A stretch of DNA of 64,000 nt, from contig OMJA01000343.1 of the NCBI GenBank assembly GCA_900299245.1, positions 5,317 through 69,316 on the forward strand, given 5' to 3'. The position numbers were made by a program, and so were the translations under genes. Positions 49,704-59,692 of the stretch are shown piece after piece (position 1 is the stretch's first letter; each line of letters begins with the position of its first letter). This DNA comes from Nitrospiraceae bacterium. Lineage in GTDB: Bacteria > Nitrospirota > Nitrospiria > Nitrospirales > Nitrospiraceae. The notes beneath the pieces are model-generated. The model searched no databases and was not told the DNA's origin. It was given only the letters and a program-made list of their open reading frames with translations.

Positions 49704-51641
49704 ATGTGTGGTATTGCAGGAATCGTAAAGCAGAACAGTATGCGTGCCGAGAGGCCGCTGCTTGAACACATGATCGGTATGGTCAATCACCGGGGGCCTG
49801 ATGCCGCAGGATTTCATCTATCAGGATCCGTCGGACTTGCTCATGCAAGGCTCAGCATCATTGACGTTGGCGGCGGTCATCAGCCGATGCATAACGAGGA
49901 CAAGACGGTTTGGATCACATTCAACGGTGAGATATTTAATTATGTGGAGTTGCGGGAAGATCTCATCAGGAAAGGACATAGGTTTCAAACCCAATCGGAT
50001 ACGGAAGTCATCGTGCATCTCTATGAAGAGAAGGGTGAAGATTGCGTCCAGTATCTGAACGGGCAGTGGGCGTTTGCGATCTGGGACTCCAGGAGTGAAC
50101 GGCTATTTCTCTCCCGCGATCGGGTAGGAGTCCGCCCTCTCTTTTACGCAAAGACCGCTGAAGGATTTGTGTTCGGGTCGGAAATTAAGTCATTGCTGGT
50201 TGTGCCTTCCGTGCATCGGGCGATCGATCTAGAGGCGCTCGACGAGTTGTTCACTTTCTGGGTGACGTTGCCGCCTCGAACAATTTTCTCTGATGTGTCA
50301 GAACTGCCTCCCGGTCACTCCTTAATTTTTCATCGTGGTGATGTGCAGATTCAGCCCTACTGGAGGTTGGATTACAACCCTTCATCCGGCCCTAAAACAG
50401 AAGAGGAAGCCCGGGAAGGCTTGCTCGAGTTGTTGTTGGACGCGACGCGTATCCGTCTGCGATCGGACGTCCCCGTCGGGGCGTATCTGAGCGGTGGACT
50501 GGACTCCACCGTCATAGCCGCCCTGGTGAAGAAACTCGGGACGACCCATCTGAGAACGTTTTCGGTAGCTTTTGAGGACAAGGAATTTGATGAGAGCAGT
50601 TTTCAGAACGAAGCCAGCTCGTTTTTGAAGACCGATCATCAAGGGGTTTTGTGTGCTTCGCAAGATATAGGGCGGGTGTTTCCAGACGTGATCTGGCATA
50701 CGGAGAAGCCTGTTTTGCGAACTGCGCCTGCTCCGCTGTTTCTGCTGTCTAAATTAGTTCGCGATCAGGGATATAAGGTCGTCCTGACCGGGGAAGGGTC
50801 GGATGAGATGCTCGGGGGCTACGATATTTTCAAAGAGGCCAAGATCAGGCGGTTCTGGGCGGAATACCCGGAATCAAAAGTGCGCCCGATACTCCTGAGA
50901 AGATTGTACCCCTATATGAAGAATCTACAGTCCCAACCCGATGCCTACCTGCGTGCATTTTTCCACGTGAGAAAGGATGATCTCGAAAGCCCGTTTTTCT
51001 CCCATTTGCCGCGATGGGATATGACGTCCAGGCTCAAGGTGTTTTTTTCGAGAGAAACCAGGGAACGCGTAAAGAATTCCAACGCGATGGGTTCGATCGA
51101 AGGGCAGCTGCCCTCACGATATCGGCAGTGGGATAGCTTTTCTCAATCTCAGTACCTGGAAGCGGCGTATCTCTTGCCTGGTTATATTTTGTCTTCGCAA
51201 GGCGACCGGATGGCGATGGCTCATTCCGTTGAAGGCCGATATCCATTTCTCGATTACCGTGTGGTGGAGTTCGCCTCACGGCTTTCCCCGAAACTCAAGA
51301 TGAAAGTCCTGAACGAAAAGTATCTGCTGAAAGCGGCCGTCGGGAACCTGATTCCTGCCGCAATTAGAAACCGGCACAAACAGCCGTATCGTGCCCCCGA
51401 TAGTCAGAGTTTTTTTGTGGAAGGGAAGTCTGGCAAGTTGTTCGAGTATGTGGAGGAGTTGCTTGCACCCCGTGCGGTTTCGGGAGCGGGGGTGTTTGAT
51501 TCAGGGACAGTTGAAAAGCTCCTGGCCAAAGCGAGGCAGGGACAGATCGTCGGGGTAAAGGACAACATGGCGTTCGTCGGCATCTTGTCGACGCAGTTGG
51601 TTGTAGATCAGTTTATCAAGAATTTTCCAAGGAGTGTGTGA
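49704..51641 (+). CDS. asnB: AsnB-family glutamine-hydrolysing amidotransferase
   Basis: MCGIAG, HRGPD, NGEIFN, LSGGLDS, GEGSDE and RYPFLD. Confidence 0.92.
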   Translation: MCGIAGIVKQNSMRAERPLLEHMIGMVNHRGPDAAGFHLSGSVGLAHARLSIIDVGGGHQPMHNEDKTVWITFNGEIFNYVELREDLIRKGHRFQTQSDTEVIVHLYEEKGEDCVQYLNGQWAFAIWDSRSERLFLSRDRVGVRPLFYAKTAEGFVFGSEIKSLLVVPSVHRAIDLEALDELFTFWVTLPPRTIFSDVSELPPGHSLIFHRGDVQIQPYWRLDYNPSSGPKTEEEAREGLLELLLDATRIRLRSDVPVGAYLSGGLDSTVIAALVKKLGTTHLRTFSVAFEDKEFDESSFQNEASSFLKTDHQGVLCASQDIGRVFPDVIWHTEKPVLRTAPAPLFLLSKLVRDQGYKVVLTGEGSDEMLGGYDIFKEAKIRRFWAEYPESKVRPILLRRLYPYMKNLQSQPDAYLRAFFHVRKDDLESPFFSHLPRWDMTSRLKVFFSRETRERVKNSNAMGSIEGQLPSRYRQWDSFSQSQYLEAAYLLPGYILSSQGDRMAMAHSVEGRYPFLDYRVVEFASRLSPKLKMKVLNEKYLLKAAVGNLIPAAIRNRHKQPYRAPDSQSFFVEGKSGKLFEYVEELLAPRAVSGAGVFDSGTVEKLLAKARQGQIVGVKDNMAFVGILSTQLVVDQFIKNFPRSV

Positions 51642-51642
51642 G

Positions 51643-51912
51643 ATGACATCAATTGAAACGGATGTGCGGCAGTATGTGTTGGATAAGTTGTTGTTTGGAC
51701 GGACTGAGGTTGAGATAGCCGGCGACACCTCTTTTCTAGAGTCAGGGATCATTGATTCAACAGGTGTGCTTGAACTGGTAGCGTTTCTGGAGGAGAAATT
51801 CCAAGTCAAAGTTGAGGACGAAGACCTGATTCCAGCCAATTTGGATTCAGTCAATGCGGTCACACGGTTTGTAGAGCGAAAGAGCGCGATGTCGGGGAAT
51901 AGCCGGAGATAA
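51643..51912 (+). CDS. Acyl/peptidyl carrier protein
   Basis: FLESGIIDSTGVLELV phosphopantetheine Ser motif. Confidence 0.9.
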   Translation: MTSIETDVRQYVLDKLLFGRTEVEIAGDTSFLESGIIDSTGVLELVAFLEEKFQVKVEDEDLIPANLDSVNAVTRFVERKSAMSGNSRR

Positions 51913-51918
51913 TCCCTC

Positions 51919-54900
51919 ATGCAAGTTGAGGAGTTCTTAGAGTGTAGCGCAGCTCGTTTCCCGGATAAGCTGGCGCTCATCGCGGGCAGTCGAAGGGTGA
52001 CCTACAGGGACCTTGACTGCCAGGCGAATCGTCTTGCCTATTCGCTCGTTGAACTCGGTGTGCGTCGAGGCGATCGGGTGGCGATCTGGATGGACAACTC
52101 CGTGGAGGCGGTGGTCGCTCTCTTTGCGAGTTTGAAAGCAGGTGGAGTGTTTGTCCTCCTGAACCCAACCACTAAGACGGATAAACTGATCTATCTTCTC
52201 AATAACTGCCAAGCCTCAACGGTTGTGTGCTCGCATGTATCTTTATCCCAGTTAGAACTGCAGGCGCATCGGCTGCCGCATATTAAACAGGTTATTGTCA
52301 CGGGGCAACTTCCGGAGCAATCCGCTCAGGACGTTTTGAAAGTGGTCGCATTTGAGCAGTGTGTGGCCGGATCAAGCGTCTCCAGTTGTCCGCCGCCTAA
52401 CCAGAACATCGATTTGGATCTTGCGGCGCTCATCTATACGTCTGCCTCTACCGGAGACTCGAAGGGCGTCATGCTAAGCCATTTGAACATCGTGTCGGCG
52501 GCAACGTCCATTACGACGTATCTGGAAAACCGGATGGATGACGTCATTCTCAGCATGTTGCCGTTGTCGTTTGATTATGGTCTGTATCAGGTGTTGATGG
52601 GCTTTAAGGTCGGAGGCACGGTGGTGCTTGAGCGTTCCTTTTCCTACCCCCACGTGGTGCTGGAGAAAATTGCGCGGGAAAAGGTCACGGGGCTTCCCCT
52701 TGTTCCGACAACCATTGCCATGCTGCTCGAGATGGACCTCTCAAAATATGATTGTTCCTCGCTGAGATATCTGACGAGCACCGCGGCAGTCTTGCCCACG
52801 CAGTATATCAACAGGCTGCGGGCACTATTTCCGCAGGTCAAAATCTTTTCAATGTATGGGCTCACTGAGTGTAAGCGTGTCTCCTATTTGCCGCCCGACC
52901 AACTGGATAAACGGCCGGCCTCGGTTGGCAAGGGGATGCCGAACCAAGAAATGTATCTCGTTGATAATGAGGGAAAGAGGCTCGGCCCAGGCCTGGTCGG
53001 AGAACTGGTAGTAAGGGGTTCCCATGTCATGATGGGTTATTGGGGAATGCCTGACGCGACGGCGCAAGTGCTGAAGCCCGGTGTCTGGCCGCATGAACGG
53101 GTGCTCTATACAGGAGACTTCTTCTTTACCGATGAGGAAGGGTTTTACTATTTCGTCGGGCGTAGCGACGATCTGATTAAGATCAAAGGGCACAAAGTCA
53201 GCCCGCGTGAGGTCGAAAACGTTTTGCATGGGGTGAAAGGGATTGCAGAGGCGGCGGTGGTTGGCTTGCCGGACCCTATTCTTGGTCAATCCTTGAAAGC
53301 GGTTATTCGTCTTCAGGAAGGTGTGGTGATACAGGCGCAAGATGTTCTTCGTCACTGCGCCATGCACTTAGAAGATTATATGGTTCCCAAATATGTCGAG
53401 ATCGTCAAAGAGTTTCCCAAAACCGATACCGGAAAAATAAATAAAAGACGGCTTAGATTGGGGACGGTATCTTCCCCAACGATGGAGCGTACGGATAAGA
53501 GGTTGGCGACTGGCCGCGTTGAGTCAGCACAAGTATTGGCCGGGGAATGTGAAGGGCTTCGGCTTGAGCAGATTATCGGTCATACGATGGATATCTGTGC
53601 TCAGAAGATCGCTGTGGTGTATAGGGGGCGAGAGTGGACCTATGCGGAGTTAAAGAGTCTAGTCGCCGAGCTGAAGGGCAGGCTCAGCCAGGCTGGTTTA
53701 TCAGCAGGAGATCGGGCCATAGTCTGGATGGAAAATTCGCCAGAGTATATTGCGGCATATCTGGCAGTGCTCGAAGTCGGTGGTGTTGTGGTGGCCATTC
53801 ATTCACAAGTTCCGGCTCAAGAAGTGCGGCGTGTTCTTTCGCATGTTGGGGCAGCTGGGCTGGTCGTTTCGCCGGCTATTAAGCAATGGACTCCTGCTGA
53901 TTTTGAGTCAACTGGCCTGCGGTTCATCCTGAATGCAGATGAAGTCATAGCCTGTCATCAAGGCAAGCCGGCGTTAAAGGCTCCTACCGGCCTGGCTCAG
54001 ATCATTTATACGTCGGGGTCGACTGGACAGCCCAAAGGCGTCATGCTGTCCCATAAGAATCTAATTGCCAATACGAAGTCGATTCTCGAGTATTTGCATC
54101 TTACTGCCGCCGATTCGGTGATGGCCGTTCTTCCCTTCGTCTATGCCTACGGGAATTCCGTTATGCTGACACATCTGTTTGTTGGTGCAACGCTCGTGAT
54201 TGAGAACAGCATGGTCTACCCTCATGTTGTGCTGGAAAGCATGATGCAGAACGGTGTCACGGGTTTATCCGGCGTGTCTACAACCTATGCGATCATGTTG
54301 AATCAATCGAATCTCAAGTCATATGCATTTCCCGCCTTGCGCTATCTAACGCATGCGGGCGGTCCCATGCCGTCCGAATTATTGAGCCGCCTTCGGTCGG
54401 TATTCCAGGGGAAAATGGTTTTTCTCATGTACGGCCAGACTGAAGCTTCCGCCAGGCTTACCTATCTCCCACCGGACTTGTTGGATGTGAAGAAGGGTAC
54501 TGTTGGACGAGCTGTTTCCGGCGTGACTTTGAAGGTTGTGAAAGAGGACGGCGAACCGGCAGCTCCCGGTGAAGTCGGTGAAGTGTGTGCATCGGGTGAC
54601 AATATCATGCAGGGATATTGGCAAGATCCGCAGACCACGGCGAAGGTGCTTCAAGGGGGATGGTTGCACACCGGAGATCGAGGCCAATTAGACGGCGATA
54701 ATTATTTGACGATCGAGGGGCGCAATAATGAAATGATTAAGTCTGGCGCCTATCGAATCAGCCCTACTGAGATTGAAGAGGTGTTGTTGCAGCATCATCA
54801 AGTGCAAGAGGCCGGGGTGGTCGGTGTCGACGACCCTATTTTGGGGCAGAAGATTTGTGCAGTGGTTGCGCTCAAAGAGCAGGGCGGAGCGACCGCTCAA

Positions 54901-55053
54901 GACTTGTTGGCACATTGTGCCCAGCGGTTAGTTCAGTATAAACGGCCCAAGGCCATTGTTATCGTTGCGGCATTGCCCAAGTCTCCCTCCGGAAAAGTTT
55001 TGCGGCCGGGTCTTCGTAATATCTGTCTGGGGGTTACCCCGTCAGCGGTGTAG
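51919..55053 (+). CDS. Tandem double adenylation (AMP-ligase) protein
   Basis: Two full motif sets: YTSASTGDSKG/YGLTE/TGD/GKI and YTSGSTGQPKG/YGQTE/TGD/GKV. Confidence 0.88.
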   Translation: MQVEEFLECSAARFPDKLALIAGSRRVTYRDLDCQANRLAYSLVELGVRRGDRVAIWMDNSVEAVVALFASLKAGGVFVLLNPTTKTDKLIYLLNNCQASTVVCSHVSLSQLELQAHRLPHIKQVIVTGQLPEQSAQDVLKVVAFEQCVAGSSVSSCPPPNQNIDLDLAALIYTSASTGDSKGVMLSHLNIVSAATSITTYLENRMDDVILSMLPLSFDYGLYQVLMGFKVGGTVVLERSFSYPHVVLEKIAREKVTGLPLVPTTIAMLLEMDLSKYDCSSLRYLTSTAAVLPTQYINRLRALFPQVKIFSMYGLTECKRVSYLPPDQLDKRPASVGKGMPNQEMYLVDNEGKRLGPGLVGELVVRGSHVMMGYWGMPDATAQVLKPGVWPHERVLYTGDFFFTDEEGFYYFVGRSDDLIKIKGHKVSPREVENVLHGVKGIAEAAVVGLPDPILGQSLKAVIRLQEGVVIQAQDVLRHCAMHLEDYMVPKYVEIVKEFPKTDTGKINKRRLRLGTVSSPTMERTDKRLATGRVESAQVLAGECEGLRLEQIIGHTMDICAQKIAVVYRGREWTYAELKSLVAELKGRLSQAGLSAGDRAIVWMENSPEYIAAYLAVLEVGGVVVAIHSQVPAQEVRRVLSHVGAAGLVVSPAIKQWTPADFESTGLRFILNADEVIACHQGKPALKAPTGLAQIIYTSGSTGQPKGVMLSHKNLIANTKSILEYLHLTAADSVMAVLPFVYAYGNSVMLTHLFVGATLVIENSMVYPHVVLESMMQNGVTGLSGVSTTYAIMLNQSNLKSYAFPALRYLTHAGGPMPSELLSRLRSVFQGKMVFLMYGQTEASARLTYLPPDLLDVKKGTVGRAVSGVTLKVVKEDGEPAAPGEVGEVCASGDNIMQGYWQDPQTTAKVLQGGWLHTGDRGQLDGDNYLTIEGRNNEMIKSGAYRISPTEIEEVLLQHHQVQEAGVVGVDDPILGQKICAVVALKEQGGATAQDLLAHCAQRLVQYKRPKAIVIVAALPKSPSGKVLRPGLRNICLGVTPSAV

Positions 55054-55210
55054 GGCACGCCTGAATCTGTGCCGGGTTCGCTCTCCTCAATATTGGCTCA
55101 ATAGATGAACTGATGTGATGGAGATGTAATGAAATGGTTCAAATCGTCTGGGGATGGAAAGAGACGCGAATTTCGATTTTGGATTGCCACGTGAATTTTC
55201 GAGGAGGGTC

Positions 55211-56215
55211 ATGATGAAGAATGAGCAGAGTGAATTTTCGGCCAATCAACTGAAGATTGATCTCGCGAAGGAAGCTGAACGAATTGGGGGCTTCCTCCGT
55301 GAGGGGGTGTTCAAGCAACTCAGACGCAAAGGGATTGTCGTCGGGTTGTCGGGGGGTATCGACAGCAGTTGCGTGGCAGCACTGGCCGTGCATGCCTTAG
55401 GTCCGGAACGTGTCATAGGCATATTCATGCCGGAGTCCGACTCTTCTGACGATAGTCTTCGTCTGGGGCAACTGCTCGCGAAGAAGCTCGGGATTAGAAC
55501 ATTCAAAGAGGATATTTCAGGCATTCTCAAGGGTGCCGACTGTTACCGGCGGCGTGATGAGGCGATCAAGGCCGTTGTGCCGGAGTATCACGCCGGTTAC
55601 AAGTCGAAGCTCGGGCTGTCGTCGCTTGATAGCAGCGAATTCAGGATTTCGTATGTCGTCGTTGAGGATCCCGCAGGGAAGCAGGCGAAGGTACGTTTGA
55701 CGGCCGACGCATTTTTGGCCTTGGTAGCAGCCACGAACTTCAAGCAGCGCACGAGAAAAATGATGGAGTATTACTATGCCGATCGCTTTTTGTACGCGGT
55801 GGCCGGAACGCCCAATCGGCTTGAGTACGATCAGGGATTTTTTGTGAAGAACGGCGATGGTTCTGCTGATATCAAGCCCATCGCGCATTTGTACAAGTCT
55901 CAGGTATATGCAATGGCTGGGTTTCTCGGGGTCCCCGACGAAATTCTGAAGCGCCCTCCAACGACAGATACCTATTCCCTGGCACAGTCTCAGGAGGAAT
56001 TCTATTTCTCCTTGCCCTACGACAAGATGGATCTCTGCCTCTATGGCAAAGATCACCAACTCCCAGCCGCGACCGTGGCCGTGGCTATGGGGCTAACCGA
56101 GGCCCAGGTTGAGAGGGTGTATCGCGACATCGATGCCAAGCGCGCAGTCGCCCGGTATCTGCACATGGAGCCATTGCTGGTAGAGGCGATCGGCGAAGGT
56201 CGCCCACGTTCGTAG
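55211..56215 (+). CDS. NadE-like N-type ATP pyrophosphatase
   Basis: GLSGGIDSS, NFKQRTR, GFFVKNGDG and PIAHLYKSQV. Confidence 0.85.
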   Translation: MMKNEQSEFSANQLKIDLAKEAERIGGFLREGVFKQLRRKGIVVGLSGGIDSSCVAALAVHALGPERVIGIFMPESDSSDDSLRLGQLLAKKLGIRTFKEDISGILKGADCYRRRDEAIKAVVPEYHAGYKSKLGLSSLDSSEFRISYVVVEDPAGKQAKVRLTADAFLALVAATNFKQRTRKMMEYYYADRFLYAVAGTPNRLEYDQGFFVKNGDGSADIKPIAHLYKSQVYAMAGFLGVPDEILKRPPTTDTYSLAQSQEEFYFSLPYDKMDLCLYGKDHQLPAATVAVAMGLTEAQVERVYRDIDAKRAVARYLHMEPLLVEAIGEGRPRS

Positions 56216-56231
56216 GACTTCCAAGCTTGGA

Positions 56232-57794
56232 ATGAAGCCCATAACGATGTCTCTGGCTGATCGGACACCTGGGGAGCAATCTGCTCCAGACTATCGGGTT
56301 TGGGGCATGGGCGCCTGCTTGGTTACGGCACTGCTCTTCGTCTATGCCCCGGTGCTCCACGCCATGGTCCTTCAGTGGTGGAACATCTCCTTTTACTCCT
56401 ATGCTTTCCTGATCCCTGTCGTCAGCGCCTATCTTGTCTGGATTAGACGAGACCGGGTATTGGCGATTGTGCCGCAACCGCATTATGGGAGTGGATCTGT
56501 ACTCCTGACCTTAGGCCTTTTGGTTCTCGTGATTGGTCAGACAGGCGGGATCAATGCACTTCAACAGATCTCACTCTTGATCACCCTTCCGGGAATGATT
56601 CTGTTTCTGTTCGGTAAGTCAGTGCTCAAAGCATTGTTGTTGCCCATAACGTTTTTGTTATTCATGATTCCGATTTGGGAAGTCGTGACTGATCCCCTCC
56701 ATGTGCCTTTCCAAGCATTCTCCGCAAACCTGGGAGTGGTGCTTTTGCGTGTCGTCGGTATACCGGTTTTTCAGGACGGAGTCTTCATACATCTTCCCAA
56801 CATTACTCTTGAAGTTGCCCGGGCCTGCAGCGGCGTCAATTATTTGATTGCCGTTCTGGCGACCTCGATCCCTCTGGCCACGATCGTGTTGACCGATGTG
56901 CGGAAACGGATCCTGCTCGTCATGCTGGCGATGATTATTTCGGTATTCGCCAACAGTTTGCGCGTGGCTCTCATCGGTGTGCTTGCCTACTACGACTTGA
57001 GTGGCGATCTTCATGGCCCCTACCATGTCTTACACGGAGTGTTTGTCTCGTTGATCGGCTATATCGCAATCTTTGGTGGATTGTGGGCGCTTTCAAGAGG
57101 TCAGCAGGTCAGCCACATAAACCCCTCCACCCTCGGTCATCCTGAGAGATGGAATATAGAGTGGAAGCAAGTCAGGACATCCTGGATGATCCTTGCCGTG
57201 GTTCTTGTACTGGCTGGATTGTTTCGACACGTCGATCGATCGTACCCCGTAGTGTTAAGGCAGAATCTGAGCGAGTTATCTTTGGATAGCACCGGCTGGA
57301 CCGGGAACGAGGTCTCATTTATCGAGAAGGTCGAGGGAGCAGACAAGAGTCTATCTCGGGTCTATCGATCTACTTCGGGAGGAGAAGTCCGTCTGGCTGT
57401 TTGGTATTTTGAGGCGCAAACGCAGGGGAAGGAGTTGGTCAGTGCAGGCACAGCCAAACTCCACTCGAATGCCATCAGGAGCAAGGTTCGTCTTGGGACG
57501 CAGGGTGAAGCTGAAGTCAACCGAGTGCTCAGGCGCGAGGGAGACAAAACGCATATGATTTTCTTCTGGTATGACATCAATGGACACATTATCGCAGGGA
57601 AGCATGAGGCGAAGATTCGTACGGTTTTTGATGCCATGATCCACGGCCGAACCAACGGCGCACTGGTATGGGTGGCGGCCGTGCTTCCTTCCGAAGACCA
57701 AGCAGGGAAAGATCAGACATTGACGACGCTTACGGATTTTCTTGAGGATTTCTATCCCGTACTCCGGCAAAGCCTTCCGAATCCGGCTGATTGA
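56232..57794 (+). CDS. Exosortase with C-terminal EpsI domain (XrtA/EpsH type)
   Basis: Multi-TM; VARACSG Cys, NSLRV Arg, His; EpsI-like QTQGKELV, FWYDING, GRTNGALV. Confidence 0.9.
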   Translation: MKPITMSLADRTPGEQSAPDYRVWGMGACLVTALLFVYAPVLHAMVLQWWNISFYSYAFLIPVVSAYLVWIRRDRVLAIVPQPHYGSGSVLLTLGLLVLVIGQTGGINALQQISLLITLPGMILFLFGKSVLKALLLPITFLLFMIPIWEVVTDPLHVPFQAFSANLGVVLLRVVGIPVFQDGVFIHLPNITLEVARACSGVNYLIAVLATSIPLATIVLTDVRKRILLVMLAMIISVFANSLRVALIGVLAYYDLSGDLHGPYHVLHGVFVSLIGYIAIFGGLWALSRGQQVSHINPSTLGHPERWNIEWKQVRTSWMILAVVLVLAGLFRHVDRSYPVVLRQNLSELSLDSTGWTGNEVSFIEKVEGADKSLSRVYRSTSGGEVRLAVWYFEAQTQGKELVSAGTAKLHSNAIRSKVRLGTQGEAEVNRVLRREGDKTHMIFFWYDINGHIIAGKHEAKIRTVFDAMIHGRTNGALVWVAAVLPSEDQAGKDQTLTTLTDFLEDFYPVLRQSLPNPAD

Positions 57795-57852
57795 ACTGCG
57801 TAATCGCTTCAGGAGTGAAGTTGGGATGAGAGTTGCACTATCTCTTTGAAGT

Positions 57853-58575
57853 ATGGTCATGCCCTGGGAGCAACTTGTTCAGAAAAGAATATGTTTTGGC
57901 CATCAGTCGGTCGGGGCTAACCTGATGAACGCACTCTCGATACTGAGCGGGCGGCGTCTCAACATAGTCGAGAGTAGCGATCCTGAGGTTTTCCGGCGTC
58001 CTGTGTTTTCCCATTTTAGAATCGGACAGAACCGCGACCCTTTCTCAAAGTGCGAAGCCTTTGCTCGGTTAATTAGCGCTGAGATTGGAGACCAGGTTGA
58101 TATTGCCTTCTTTAAGCTTTGTTATGTTGATATCACGACGCACACCGACATCGATGGTCTATTCAAAGTTTATCAAAGAATTATGGCGTTGTTGAGCAAA
58201 CAGTATCCTCAGGTGGCCTTTCTCCACGTGACTGTACCGCTCACTCGAGTACGCAGAGGAGTGTTGGGGTGGCTGTGTGAAAAAACAGGACATGTTGACC
58301 GTGAATGTGAGGATCAAGTCAGCCGTCATGCGTATAACCAAATGCTGCGGGGAGCATATGGAAGATGCGGACGATTATTTGATCTCGCCGACGTGGAATC
58401 GACGTACCCTGATGGAAAGGCGGCGTGCTTTTATTACCACGGCGGGACATATCCCAATCTCGTGTCCGAGTATACCGATGATGGGGGCCATCTGAACACA
58501 TATGCTGCCGAATGTGCTGCCAGGCGATTGTTGTCATGCCTGAGCACCGTTAACTTGGATTACAGCTCTTCTTAG
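57853..58575 (+). CDS. Hypothetical protein, possible SGNH-like esterase/acyltransferase
   Basis: FGHQSVG near N-terminus; DGGHLN near C-terminus. Confidence 0.55.
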   Translation: MVMPWEQLVQKRICFGHQSVGANLMNALSILSGRRLNIVESSDPEVFRRPVFSHFRIGQNRDPFSKCEAFARLISAEIGDQVDIAFFKLCYVDITTHTDIDGLFKVYQRIMALLSKQYPQVAFLHVTVPLTRVRRGVLGWLCEKTGHVDRECEDQVSRHAYNQMLRGAYGRCGRLFDLADVESTYPDGKAACFYYHGGTYPNLVSEYTDDGGHLNTYAAECAARRLLSCLSTVNLDYSSS

Positions 58576-58599
58576 TCTGGGATGCAATAGGGAAGGACC

Positions 58600-59634
58600 G
58601 TGACGATGCAAATTATTCAGTGTGATAACAGCCATGCGAAGACGTGGGACGACTATGTGTCTCGCCAGGAGCAGGCGTCTTTCTATCACTTATTTGGCTG
58701 GAAGGCGGTGAATGAAGCGTCGTTCGGGCACCGGACATTTTATTTAGCTGCAGTTGATCAGGGGGCTATTCGGGGCGTGTTTCCGCTTGTGTGTCTTCAA
58801 AGCAGGATATTTGGGAAAGTGATGTGCTCTCTCCCGTTTGTGAATTATGGCGGGCCTTGTGCCGATGAGCCGGGGATCGAGCAGTTGCTTCTCGATGAAG
58901 CCAGAAGAATTGTTGATCGAGATCAGGTCGACTACCTTGAGATCCGAAGCCAGCGGAAGCTGGGAGGTGATCTCCCAACCTCTGAGCACAAGGTCAGTAT
59001 CACCCTCACACTCGATAAAAATCCCGATACGCTCTGGAATGCGTTCAAGACCGGCCATCGTAATAATGTTCGACGGGCATACAAGCGGGGGCTCAGTGTC
59101 CGAAGCGGGGGGATCGAACTCCTTGATACGTTCTATGGCATCCTGAGTGAGAGCTGGCGCAACCTGGGGACGCCCTTGTATCAGAAGGGGTATTTTGAGC
59201 ACCTGATGAAGACTTTTCCCCAAGAAACAAAGATCTTCGTCCTTGATCATGAAGGTGTTCCTGTCTCTTCGGCTTTGAATGGACATTTCCGCGGTGTCGT
59301 AGAGGGAATGTGGCTCGGCGCTTTACCAAAAGCTCGGGAAGTGGAGGCGAGTTACGTACTCTATTGGGAGATGATGAAGGACGCCTGCGAGCGAGGCTAT
59401 CAATTGTATCATCTCGGACGTTCCACTGTGGATTCAGGGGGCGAAGCGTTTAAGAAAAAGTGGAACACGTATCCGACGCAACTCTATTGGCAATACATTA
59501 TGCGGGAGGGGCGTCCTATGCCTCAGTTGAATGTCAGTAACCCAAAGCTTCAGTTGGCCATTAGTGTGTGGCAGCGTCTTCCGTTACCGGTTACCCGCAT
59601 ATTGGGACCGCTGGTAGCGAAGGGAATTCCATGA
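58600..59634 (+). CDS. FemAB-like GNAT protein of the exosortase A locus type
   Basis: SLPFVNYGG, YLEIRS, NLGTP, LGRSTVDSG and FKKKW. Confidence 0.88.
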   Translation: MTMQIIQCDNSHAKTWDDYVSRQEQASFYHLFGWKAVNEASFGHRTFYLAAVDQGAIRGVFPLVCLQSRIFGKVMCSLPFVNYGGPCADEPGIEQLLLDEARRIVDRDQVDYLEIRSQRKLGGDLPTSEHKVSITLTLDKNPDTLWNAFKTGHRNNVRRAYKRGLSVRSGGIELLDTFYGILSESWRNLGTPLYQKGYFEHLMKTFPQETKIFVLDHEGVPVSSALNGHFRGVVEGMWLGALPKAREVEASYVLYWEMMKDACERGYQLYHLGRSTVDSGGEAFKKKWNTYPTQLYWQYIMREGRPMPQLNVSNPKLQLAISVWQRLPLPVTRILGPLVAKGIP

Positions 59635-59692
59635 GCCGGACATGCAGTGCTCATGGCCGGTGGTTGAGTATCCGTTCGGAGGAGCCCGTCGT

